Source: Octopus sinensis (taxonomy: Eukaryota). Taken from it: a stretch of 64,000 nucleotides of DNA. The position numbers and the translations under genes are program-made. Location: NCBI RefSeq assembly GCF_006345805.1, contig NC_043001.1:71796001-71860000 (forward strand), written 5' to 3'. The notes under the pieces are model-generated. The model made no database searches, was not told where the DNA came from, and was given only the letters and a program-made list of their open reading frames with translations. Positions 39,629 to 51,450 of this stretch are shown in pieces. The number at the start of each line of letters is the position of its first letter. Within the stretch, counting starts at the first letter, position 1.

Positions 39629-40551
39629 TATATATATATATATATATATCTATACATACACACGCCCACATAACGGCCTACTACAACACGTCTGTCAATT
39701 TATAAACTGTAAGTGTTGGGGTATGACGCCTTGTATTTATATTTCCTATTTAGTACTGGAGATGTATACAGGGGTGCTAGAAAGAAGTTAGAGAGCATTA
39801 TAGGTAATGAAACATATGGTACCTGCCCTAGATATAGAAGTAAAGACTGGAATAGGATACAAAGAGTTTGTAACAAAGAGAACAGGGTGAAAACGTGGTA
39901 CAAGACCGACAAATATCAAGGAGTGATGTATGTACAGGCCACAGCCTATGGAGAACTAGCCCGTAGATATAGGAAAGCTCTAAAGGAGACTAAACTCAAC
40001 TTTAAGATCGCTGAAAAGCCAGGGAGTTCCATTAGACCACAACTGTGCAGGACGTATCCCTCTGAGAATACCACATGCACCAATGATAACTAGAAGTGTA
40101 ATCTATAGCAATAGGTGCATAGAGGGTGCTTATAAAGACAAGAACATGATATACATAGGTGAGACATCTAGGAGCATTGTGGTGAGACTAAGTGACTATC
40201 TAAGACAATATGACGTCAAAAAACAATCCTCCATATTCTGCCAACAAACCAAAAACCAAAATTGAGGCACACTGGGTCAACTTGACATCTGCATTTTATT
40301 CAAGCACCTGAAGGAGCCGACACTCAGACAAGTACCAGAGTATGTCCTCATTAATGAAATATCTCCAGTACTAAATAGGAAATATACATAGAAGGCGTCA
40401 TACCACAATACCCACAGTTTATATATACGCAGTGTTGTTAGTGGGCCATTATGTAGGCGTGTGTGTGTCTGGGTGTGCCTGTGTGTATGTATAAATATAT
40501 ATACTTGAAATGCATGCGTGGTGTTCAATTAATAATAATATAAACTATATA

Positions 40552-40627
<76 letters not shown>

Positions 40628-40722
40628 CATATATATGTATGTATTGTTATATATATGTGGATACGTATCTGCACAGATAACATACAGATAGGTACATAGG
40701 TAATATGGACAGACAGGCACAC

Positions 40723-40794
<72 letters not shown>

Positions 40795-40995
40795 TACATA
40801 CATATGTGTATGCGGTCGCACACTGACGCACACGCATGTGTAAAAAAAAGAGAAAGCGAAATTCCGATAACGGACAGAATCAACGACTATTGAAAAGGTT
40901 GCAAGTCGCAAAATAGGTAAATGAGTGGAAATCAGACTGATGAGTGTGTTAAATTAATAAGTCACTAAAGGAGAATGACTCTTCAGACACAATAA
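38805..40995 (+). mobile_element. Penelope-like element with inverted 3' ends enclosing a GIY-YIG coding fragment
   Basis: The core 39765-40390 encodes RSVIYSNRC..MIYIGETSRS..RL and ends EPTLRQVPEYVLINEISPVLNRKYT*. 38805-39765 is an inverted copy of 40360-40995. Confidence 0.88.
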
Positions 40996-41071
40996 AATAT
41001 GTTTCAACACATGAATTCACAAAAAGAATATTGCAAGCCACATACAAAAACGAAATATATATATATATATA

Positions 41072-41118
<47 letters not shown>

Positions 41119-41479
41119 GGGGGGGATACATATACATGCACACACACGCCCTTATATATTTTGTTTTCATAATAATTTTATAAGGAAAAATTTGACTATG
41201 ACTTCGAAGTTTCGACTTTCGTCAAACAGTCTCACAAATGATGACTAAACCAAATTTTTAAAGTTTTAAAGTCACACCCAACTCTTTTTCTTTTTTTCTT
41301 TTTTTTTTCTTGCTTTTATGGATGGGGATTGTAATAGCAAAATACATATACAAAAGGTAGAACACATGCTGAGTATGTCAGACATACCTCTGACTTTACA
41401 TGTCTACCCTAATGCATAGGTCAAAGAAATACATAAGTGACAGAATCATCGGAAATGACACAGATCCATTGCTAGCAGT

Positions 41480-41830
41480 GACGTATGAATTTGCAATATG
41501 AAAGTGTAATCAAAATAGGGATAACAGGTGATATGTGGTCAGGGGACGCCAGAATGGATTTGCAAGTTCAAGAGACACTCAGCAGTCATAGAGTCATGCT
41601 TGAACTGTTCCCAGTGGAAGGTGCCAAGACAAAGAGCACGAGATGAACGATAAAGACCAAAACATCGAATCGCTACTTTTGTCAGAGTAAAGCTAACATT
41701 AAGGCTGAATGCTCGGAAGAACTGGAAATATTAAGCAAAAAATGAGAAAAACGAAAATATGGAAGATCCACTAACACTAAAAGACCTCCAGTTTCCAGAG
41801 CACCGCCTACCAAAACTCTGGGGGTGGTAC
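41480..41830 (+). mobile_element. Possible decayed ORF1 (zinc-knuckle) of an L1/Tx1-like LINE
   Basis: QYESVIKIGITGDMWSGDARMDL..VEG..*..RYFCQSKANIKAEC resembles the VEGR..CxxC..H...C segment of such ORF1 proteins. Weak. Confidence 0.25.
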
Positions 41831-42480
41831 ATGAATGCCTTTCTGCCCACTTCAGGAAATAGATAAATCCTTTATCCCGTAACAATGCCAACATGTAGTA
41901 CTACACTATCATTGTGTGGCGAAGAGAAATAATACTTGCAAACGGAAATCGAGTAATTGTCGGTGAAAATACTAAAGAAAAAAGGGAGAAACTACAGCAA
42001 AGGATATTCAACATATACCAACAAAAATGGGTGAGACGGAAACTTTTATTCAAAGCGATGTAGACACTCCTGTCCAAGGAAAATAGAATAAAATGAAGAG
42101 GATATAAATGAACGAAGCTTTGCTGCTCTTCAAAATTGAAAGAAATAGTTCATAGACAAAATTACGCATCCCTGGTGTTACAAACCTACCGAAGGGTCTT
42201 ATGACACAAAAATAAATTCAAAACATAAACATGCAAAAAATAAACTAATGAAACTAAGATCAATGAGTTATACTGAAATTAAAAGAGAATACCTTCGAAA
42301 CGTTGGATTTTTTGACACCAAATGGCTCAAATGATGTTTACCGGAGCATTTGGTTGCATTATACGCAGTTTGAGAATCGGTTAAACGAATAGGACAGAGA
42401 GCCCCAAATCAACCTATCTGTATCCTTTCATATATTATTTTCTTTTCTTTATATCTTGCTTATATTATTGCATGTTTTAG

Positions 42481-42572
42481 TGTACTTTCTTATTTCTGTG
42501 CATAAATGTGTATGTACGATTGGATGCTGAAAACTTCCTGGCTTTGTGGAAAAGAAAATACAGGAGGATCAG
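42481..42572 (+). CDS. Candidate exon (92 nt) of an unidentified plus-strand transcript
   Basis: Pyrimidine-rich acceptor ..catgttttag and donor gtaatt. Open frame CTFLFLCINVYVRLDAENFLALWKRKYRRI. Confidence 0.25.
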
Positions 42573-42620
42573 GTAATTATGATTTGATTCAACATATTCC
42601 CCTCGTGAGTGTGTATATGC

Positions 42621-42698
<78 letters not shown>

Positions 42699-43714
42699 GC
42701 AGCTGCTCTATTCGTACATGATATATGAACTGTACTTTAATAAGAAATCTCACAAGTGCCTCCTACATGTTGGGAAAGGATTTTCTTCATCCCGAAGACA
42801 AAGCCAAAAATCTGTATAGAAATGGTATGATATTGCTAAATAGCACCTACTTTCTCCTGACAAATGGTTTTGGATTTAGTGAAAAACAAAGTGTCAAATT
42901 TTGTTATTTTGTTTCATTTTGGTTCGTTTCGTTTTCTTTTCTATTGTTGGGTTTTTAATCTTTGTTTCTCTTGTTTTGTTTTCTTACTCGGACAAACTGT
43001 TCAAATGTTCTCTCAACTTCTTTTATCAACAAAAAGCTTCTGGGTGTCTTTACTCTTTGATGTTTTCATTCTCATTGCTGTCTCTTTCCCCTTTTTCTTG
43101 CTCTGGCTATAGATTTATGTTTTACTATTATATATCTGTGTATTTCTTTATGTTAGATGTTTATTTGGTATGCTTTTTTTCCAACTTTTTGCTTGGTTAT
43201 GTTTGGTTCTCAAGCTGACATGTGTTAACTCTTTTAGCATTTCAACAGTAATACCAAAGATAATCTCGAAATAGGTTGAATGCACATGTCTATAAATTCA
43301 TACGCATACATACATAGCCACATAAATACATACATACATACATACATGCGTACATACATAAATATAAACACATCCACACGTTAATGTGTCTGTGCGTGTG
43401 GTATGTGTTGTGTAGGTGTATGTTGTGTGTTGCGCTTGTGCATGTGTGTACAAGTGTATGTACGTGTGTCCGTGTGTGTGTATGCGTGTGTGTGCGTGTT
43501 TGTGTGTGTCACGATGAGTCCAGCTACTTGTTCATTTATATACGTATATACTGTACCTTAATGTATATACATGCACAATACAAGTGTACATATGCATTTA
43601 GTCATGTTTGCAAATTTACGTAAGTAGAAATACAAAAACAATCTAATAAAAATGTGTGACCAAATATATATAAAATATATCATACATATCACATATACAT
43701 AATATATGTGCATG

Positions 43715-43766
<52 letters not shown>

Positions 43767-44643
43767 TATATATATACATATATACATATATACATATGTG
43801 TGTATACACATGTATATATACACAGACACAAACACACATACACGTATATATATATATATATATATTGTATATATATATGTGTGTGTATGTATATCTATAC
43901 TTATAAATATATGTATATATGTGTAAATGTATGCATGTATATATAAGTATATGTATTTATGCTTATGTACGCATTTACATATGTAAATACATATATATGT
44001 GTGTGTGCATATATGTGTGCGTATGTTTGTATGAATGTATATATGTATACATGTATGTATTTATGTATTATGTATACATGTATTACATATACGTATATTC
44101 TGTAGCTGTGGATATTTCTCCGACAAATATTCTATCTGTTAAGACAAGATTGACGTGAAAGCATTTCCGAAATCGGATTAACCCTCACCCCTACACCCAC
44201 TATCCAAACAAGCAGATTATCCACCTAAAAGTTTTACCTAAATGTATGTTTATGTATGTCTATATATATACACACACACACATATATATGTATATACACG
44301 TAAGTATGTGTTTGTTGCGTAAGTACCAACTAAACTTTTCCCCAGCTACATATTCAGTTTTCTTCAGATATTCTTTGTTGAATTGCTCTTGTTGTTGTTG
44401 TTGCTGCTTCTGCTGCTGTTGTTGTTGTTGTTGCCCTTTGTTTTTATTTTTTTCTGCTACCTAATGCTGTCGTATTACACCATATCACCAGAACCAGCTG
44501 CTTTGATCTCATATATATATATGCATATATACATTATATATATAAACATATATACATACATATATATAATATATATGGGTATGTGTGTATATATATATAT
44601 ATACATTATATATATAAACATATATATATAATATATGTGTATG

Positions 44644-44677
<34 letters not shown>

Positions 44678-44724
44678 TATATATATAACATATATACATA
44701 CATATATAAATAGGTATGTGTATG

Positions 44725-44766
<42 letters not shown>

Positions 44767-45629
44767 TATGTGTATGATGTATGTATGTATGTATGTATGT
44801 ATGTATGTTATGTATGTATGTATGTATGTTCTAGGCATGCTACTTCTCATTACTCACGGTTTCATGCTCGATACAATCTTCCAGCGGAACAGACTCTGAT
44901 AGATATAAGTCCTGTAGTCTGTTGTGGGACAGCAAGTTGGAGTCTTCTGATTGGTGACATCTGAGATAGCTGTTAATAACCGTCCGCCATCCTCTATGAC
45001 TGCTGAATGTGAGACTCTAGCTTTTGTTAAAGAATGTGTACAGTAACAGGAACTTCTGTGACTAAAACTACACCGGTAGGTGACCCGGATTCGGTATACT
45101 TGGAAGGCACTCAGGGAAGGACAACTCGGAGCATAAACCATGACGCTTTTACTACAGAAATCAAGCATATCGCCTCAAAATTTTATTAGTCTTAACTGCA
45201 TTAGTCTTATGTAAGAGTCTATCTTTCGTTGAGAAATGTCATGTTCGAAACTATATTTTGTTGAGAAATTTTGAGTATATAGAGACAACGTACGAATTTT
45301 GATAGATATTTGACATAATTACTGGAATTACCATGAAATTTAATTTCGCAGTTGAAGGGTTAAAGTATCACACCCTCTTTACTTTGGGGGTAGAATAGCT
45401 TCGATAACGTCATTAAACGGTCCCAAAATTATTTTCAAACGAAAATTCAGAATTTAGAATGATAATACTGAAAATATCAAATATCAGCCAAAGCGCCACG
45501 CTTTAATGATAAAAGTTGTATAATGGAAAACAGGAGATAATAATATTATGCTGGAAATCTTTATTTCAATTGAAATGACCATCAACATCAATAGCAACAA
45601 CGAGATTACATTTTTTGCAAATGTTGTAG

Positions 45630-45673
45630 GTCACAGCCAGCTCTTCGTCGTAGGCCGAGAAAAAGAAAGGAGA
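45630..45673 (+). CDS. Candidate exon (44 nt)
   Basis: Acceptor atgttgtag and donor gtaagc. Phase-compatible with 42481-42572 and 47469-47489. Confidence 0.22.
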
Positions 45674-46461
45674 GTAAGCGAGAGATGTCACCAAAAATAC
45701 TGCTTATTTTCTCGACAAAGTTATCTCGAAAAGGGAGAGCGAAAGATGACATGTTTTTGTTCTACTTTTGAAAAACTGAAAATACTTGTATATGCCCTCG
45801 GAAGAGAAGTTTCAGGAAGCTCTGGGCGATGTGTGATAGTAATTTTGCTCCATCGACCGGAGCAGAACATATAAAAGCATGTGTCTGATCTTTAAGACAA
45901 TATACTGGTGCTGCAATACATGAGGAAATACGACTAGAGATACTGAAATGGCATGGACCCTTGACTTTTGGAGCTCAGTTCGGGAGAGGGAGTCACCTGT
46001 TACAATGTGTGGTTCGGAATTTACATGATATTTATTTTTACCTTTTTTTATCTCTAAATGAAAATCTGAGTTGCTTTTCTTGTTTGTTTATTTCTTTTGT
46101 TGCGGTTGCTGTTATTTCTTTATTTTTAACATCATTTTCTTCCTATTATTTATCTTGTTTTTTGTTTTGTTTTGTTTGGGGGCGGGTGTCCAAAAAGTGT
46201 GTTAATTGTTATGATTTTAGAAAGTTTATCAATATTCTTGAACAGTTTATATAACTTCTTTCATTGATATTGGCTAGATAGCAAATACCTACCGAATGTC
46301 AACCAGTAACTTGTAGCGGGCATTGTAGTGTAATGTTATTGTTCAATACAGCTTCTGGCCTTGTTGAGTTTTCATTCTTGGTTCAAATGATAACAAGAAG
46401 AGAAGAAAAATTGACAAAATATAGATTACGAGAACAGGAACTTATGTAGAGTGTGAGCCGT

Positions 46462-46800
46462 ATTGTTGCCTCCTCCTTAGCGAAGGCGGTGGTATTGTTT
46501 TCAGTCGCGTTTGTTCATTTGTCCGTAGACAAAATATCTCAAGAACCGCTGGATGGATTCGGATAAAACTTTCAGGGATGTTTGGCCGCACGTCTGGTAC
46601 CGGACAAGAATTCTGGACTATTTTTCTGGAGTCTTTTACTTAATTTTGGAGAGCGTGCAGGTTCATTTTTAGTATTCTCGTTTGTGAGAGCAGTCGAGTT
46701 TATTTCAGATATTCTCATTTTAAAAATTATCTCCAGCTAATCGCTGAGAGGATGTTGGTGTTGCCTTGGCGGAGGTTTGCGTTCTCTGGGTGCTCTTGTT
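46462..46800 (+). mobile_element. Non-autonomous Helentron-like element (HINE/DINE-1-type architecture)
   Basis: 5' GCCTCCTCCTTAGCGAAGGCGG subterminal hairpin, internal GGATGGATTCGGATAAAACTTTCAGGG, 3' CCTTGGCGGAGGT followed by the imperfect hairpin GCGTTCTCTGGGTGC and a TT end. Confidence 0.55.
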
Positions 46801-46857
46801 CGGTATTATTTTCTAGATTTCACATATTCAGGCGAAGATGTTAAGCAGGAGGAGAGG

Positions 46858-47320
46858 GAAGAGGAGAAGAAGAAGAAGAAGAAGAAGAAGAAGAAGAAGA
46901 AGAAGAAGAAGAATGAAGGGAGAAGAAGAAGAAGAAGAAGAAGAAGAAGAAGAAGGGGGAGGAGGAGGAGGTTGTGGTGGTGGTGGAGGGGGAGGAGAGG
47001 AGGAGGAGGAGGAGGAGGAGGAGGTGGTGGAGGGGAGGAGAGTATGATGAAGAGGAGGGGAGGAGGAGAGTATGATGAAGAGGAGGGGAGGAGGAGAGTA
47101 TGATGAAGAGGAGGACGAGGAGGAGGAGGGTAGTGGTAGTGGTCGTTGTAGTCATCGTCGTTATAATGACGATGGTAATTATGGTGATGAGGATGAGTGG
47201 CATAAGTATCATCATTATCATAATCATCATCATTATCATTCTCATCATCATTGACATTATCGTCGTCGTTGTCGTCATCATCATCATTATCATCATTATT
47301 ATCATCGTCATCGCCATTAT
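46858..47320. repeat. Compound tract (AAG, AGG, GTG, ATC) with three copies of a 28-bp unit at ~47040-47115
   Basis: Directly visible. Confidence 0.93.
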
Positions 47321-47468
47321 CTACATTACTTTGTCTCCTACGATTTATATATGCGTCTTTTACATGTTCGGGAATTTCTAAAAACCAATGGAATTGCTTT
47401 CCAAATATTTTTCTTTTTTCTTTTTTTTTCTTTCTTTCTTTTTGTCGTATTCGTACGTTCTCCTGTAG

Positions 47469-47489
47469 CATGGAGAGGGCTTGGTGTAG
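47469..47489 (+). CDS. Candidate 21-nt microexon
   Basis: A ~55-nt polypyrimidine tract, then ctcctgtag|CATGGAGAGGGCTTGGTGTAG|gtgaga. Length is a multiple of 3. Confidence 0.35.
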   Translation, partial: HGEGLV

Positions 47490-47630
47490 GTGAGAAAAAT
47501 CTTCACCTTTCTAAAACAAAGGTCAAATGACTGAAACAAGTAAAAGAATAAACATTGTATCCACTAAGGTAGCGATAGGATAAGGCCACCCCATTAAAGT
47601 ACTTACAACATTTGATTGAAGGTAAACATA

Positions 47631-48033
47631 GGCGTAGGAGTGGCTGTGTGGCAAGTAGCTTGCTTACCAACCACATGGTTCCGGGTTCAGTCCCACGGCG
47701 TGGCACCTTGGGCAAGTGTCGTGTCTTCTACTATAGCCTCGGGCTGACCAAAGCCTTGTGAGTGGATTTGGTAGGCAGAAACTGAAAGAAGCCCGTCGTA
47801 TGTGTGTGTGTGTGTGCGTGTATATTTGTGTGCCTGTATTTGCCCCCCAACTTCGCTTGACAACCGATACTGGTGTGTTTACGTCCCCGTAACTTGGCGG
47901 TTCGGCAAAAGAGACCGATAGAATAAGTACTAGCCTTACAAAGAATAAGTCATGGGGGTCGATTTGCTCGACTAAAGGCGGTGCTCCAGCATGGCCACAG
48001 TTAAATTACTGAAACAAGTAAAAGAGTAAAGAG
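47631..48033 (+). mobile_element. SINE family B, full-length copy
   Basis: tRNA-like head (GGCTGTGTGG A-box, GGTTCAGTCCC B-box), GGCACCTTGGGCAAGTG core, internal (TG)n and tail ..GAAACAAGTAAAAGAG. Confidence 0.92.
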
Positions 48034-48671
48034 AGAGAAGTAAAATTGCATTTTTGCAAAAGCAAATATTTTTAGGAATAGCTTTGCTAGTGTGGCAAGT
48101 CAGGAAGAATCGCTAGTCATCGGCTGATTTAAGAAAGGACGAAAAATGTAGGAGAGAGATGTGCTACGGGGGACACTGAATTCATACCTGAGAAACACAT
48201 CCAGAAACGGGTGAAGACGAAAATTAACATACGCGTACCACGTCTTGCCAAAAATGTTGGGGATTTATATAACAACAAACAATTGAAAGAAAGCCGCTCT
48301 GATATGTCAAACAATCTCGTTTCACATATATACTAGTGTTGTAGAACAAAAAAGGTAACTCATTTGAGACAGCTCAAGGGGCAAATGAATAGGCAAGGTA
48401 TGTCACAAACAATTTGGTCGACGAATTTCATATTCTTGATCTCAATCTGCTACTCTTCATCAATTTTACTTATATTTCTATGCAAACAAAACCATCCCAT
48501 TTTCTTTCAACGCTATTCACTTGCACATCCTTTCTTCACTTCCTCACTGCTTTACTTTAAGCAGCCTTTTCTTCGTTTTCCCACTCTTCTCTCTCTCTCT
48601 CTATCTCTCTTTCTCTCTCTCTCTATCTCTCTCTCTCTCTCTCTCACTCACTCACTCAATATCTGTATATA

Positions 48672-49951
48672 CGAGGGATGTTCAATAAGTAATGCCTCTG
48701 ACCCACTTGCAGTTATTTGATCTAGCTGAAATTTTGCATGTGCAATTATTCATATCTCTATAGATTAAGTGGCAAATCACAGCTCTGAACTAATTATAGT
48801 TTCTGATTTACAGGTTTTTGAACTGAGTCAAGTGTGAAATAGAGCCTGTTGAGTGTCGAGCAGTGATCCGGTTTTTGTATTTGAAAGGACGCACACCACG
48901 GGAGACTTTTGATGAAATGAAAGTAACTTATGGTGATGATGCCCCATCATATGACCTTGTAAAACGCTGGCATCGTGAATTCAAACATGGTCGGAACTCT
49001 GTGGAAACAACTCCCAGATCTGGTCGCCCCCTTCTGCTATTGATGAGGCATCTGTCCGTCAAGTTGAGGCTGCCATTTTGGAAGATCGACGCATAACTAT
49101 TCGCCAAATAGTCCATGAGATCAAGATTAGTACCGGGTCTTTGGAAACTATCATTCATGACCATTTGCATATGCAAAAGGTGTCTGCTAGATGGATTCCC
49201 AGGTTGCTCACACCTTTCCAGAAGCAAGAACGCGTCGAGTGCTCGAGGATGAATTTGGAAATGTGCCAAGTAGATGAGTCAAAATTTTTCAAAAGACTGA
49301 TTACACAGGATGAAACCTGGGTCCATCCCTATGATCCAGAGACCAAAGCCCAGTCAATGCAGTGGAAGCACCATGACTCACCTCCTCTAAAGAAGGCAAA
49401 GGTGCAGCCCTCCGCTGGCAAGGTCATGCTCACAGTCTTCTGGGACCAGGACGGAGTAGTGATGACAGATTTCCTGGAAAAGGGTACCACAATTACAGGA
49501 GCCTATTATGCTTCACTTTTGCAGAAATTAAGAGAAGCTATCAAAATCAAGAGGCGGGGCAAGATCAGCAAAGGCATCGACAACGCTCCGGTCCACAACT
49601 CGCGTGTCGCCAGATCAGAAGCACAGGCGTGCGGCTATGAACCCCTCTCCCATCCCCCCTACTCTCCTGACCTTGCACCCTCTGATTTTCTCCTCTTTCT
49701 AGCCATGAAGTTGTTTTTGAAAGGAAAGCATTTCCCAGATGATGCAGCCTTGATTTCTGAAGTCACGTCGTGGTTGGAGGACCAAGCTGGGGTCTTCTAC
49801 AAAAACGGTCTCCAGAGCTGCATCAAATGATGGGAGAAATGCGTACCTCTTGGTGGTTCCTATGTAGAAAAAGACTAATAACTGTGCCAAGTTTCGTTGC
49901 TCTACTGCTATGGGAAGTAGGTCAGGGGCATTACTTATTGAACGCCCCTCG
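48672..49951 (+). mobile_element. Full-length inactive mariner (D,D34D) transposon, 1280 bp, with TA target duplication
   Basis: TIRs CGAGGGATGTTCAATAAGTAATGCC / GGCATTACTTATTGAACGCCCCTCG, with TA at 48670-48671 and 49952-49953. Motifs WIPRLLT, ITQDETW, DNAPVH and YSPDLAPSD, with 34 residues between the last two aspartates. Confidence 0.97.
48839..49878 (+). pseudogene. Mariner transposase pseudogene
   Basis: ATA at the probable start (48839), a frameshift near 49030, an apparent short in-frame deletion before DNAPVH, and a premature TGA at 49828-49830. The natural stop is TAA at 49876-49878. Confidence 0.93.
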
Positions 49952-50109
49952 TATCATATTTTCCTAATTTAGAAGCGCTAACCACATATATATTGAAGTC
50001 TTTCCATCAATTTCTTTATATTTTGAAATGCTTTCACTGAGGTAGATTTACCTAATGGGTGTTATATATTAAATAAACCTAAAATGTACGTATTAAATGA
50101 TTTCAAAAT

Positions 50110-50300
50110 ATTGGTTGCAAATTTTGGTACAAGGCCAGCAATTTCATGACAGAGATAGCTTGATTACAGTATTCAACTCGTGCTTATTCTATCGACCCCG
50201 AAAAACTGAAAAGCAAAATCGAAATTGGCGGAATTTGAACTTAGGACATAAAGATGGATGAAATGCTGCTAAACATTTTTCCGGAATGCTAACGATTCAT
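50110..50300 (-). mobile_element. SINE family A copy (degenerate)
   Basis: ATCGACCCCGAAA..GGCGGAATTTGAACTTAGGAC..GCTAACGATTC. Confidence 0.75.
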
Positions 50301-50589
50301 TACCACCACCACAACCACCACCACATCCTCCTCCACTACCACCAGTACAACTCATATAATAACCACTACCACCACAATCATCACAACCACTACCGCAACC
50401 GGCATCACTAAGACCACGCCCACAATCACCAACACAACGACTGCCCCATCTTCACCACCACCACTACAACAACCACCACAACTCCTACCACAATCACAAC
50501 CACGACCACCGCCACCATTGTAAATATGGAGATATTAAAGTGAAATGACTGTAAATATTGATAAAATCAATTAGGGTCTACTGGAGTAG

Positions 50590-51395
50590 AACAGGTGTGC
50601 GTATATGTATGTGTATGTGTGTATATTTGTGTATATATGTCTATATGTATGTGTGTGGAAGTATGTATGTGTGTATGTGTGTCTATGTGCATGTATGTAT
50701 GTATGTATGTATGTATGCGGGTATGTATATGTGAATGCTTGTGTGTGTGTGCGTATGCATGTGTGTATGTTTGTATGTGAATGTATGAATGTATGTGTGT
50801 GTTAGTGTGTGTAAATGTGTGTGTGTATCAGTGTATGTGTATGTATATTCGTTTGTGTATATGTACGGTTGTGCTAGTGAGTGTGCATACGTGCATGTGT
50901 ATGTGTTAGCGTGTGTGTATGTGTTTTAATATCAGTTTATGTGTGTGTATATATGTATGTATGTGTATATATGACTGCCTTAATGTGTGTATATATGCGA
51001 GCGCATGTGTGTATATGTACATATGTCAATATGTTAATATGTGTGTATGTCAATATGTCAATATAGTATGTTAATGTGTATCTTAATGTGTCAGCATATG
51101 TATGTATGTTTATGTTAAGGTGCCAGTGTGTGTGTGAATGTGCGTATGTATACGTATGAGTATATGTCTGTATGTAAGTATGTGTCTTTGTGTATGAGCA
51201 TGCGTTTAATGTGTTTGTGCATGTGCTTGAGCATGTGTGTGTGTTCGTATATGTGTATACAGTGTGTTAGTGAAGATGCTTATACGTGTGTATTAGTACA
51301 GGTTTATTTATGTGTGTTAATGTGATATTTGTATATGCATATGTTTGTACTAGGTTGTGTTAGGTGTGTGTGTGTATGTGTGTGTGTTTATGTGT

Positions 51396-51450
<55 letters not shown>

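Noticed and set aside
40925-40990. CTGATGA-GTG..CAC-TAAA hammerhead-like box in the pLTR of the 38.8-41.0 kb element
   Set aside because: The GAAA box is absent and the CTGATGA is not conserved in the two sibling copies (38805 and 8005).
44854-45168. Minus-strand ORF with LLTAISDVTNQ..PTTDYRTYIYQSLF, resembling the plexin juxtamembrane motif, followed by a gtgagt donor
   Set aside because: No other plexin-like exon was found nearby and the flanking residues do not fit. The plus strand (ETLAFVKECV..LKLHR) can equally be read as a decayed L1/Tx1 ORF2 end. A BLASTx or HMMER search would settle it.
45350-45363. GAAGGGTTAA resembling a piggyBac-type right terminus with TTAA
   Set aside because: No matching left TIR was found.
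46293-46376. Minus-strand acceptor with a peptide (LNNNITLQCP) resembling an Ig-domain strand
   Set aside because: An in-frame TGA lies before the only good donor, and the other frames are also closed.
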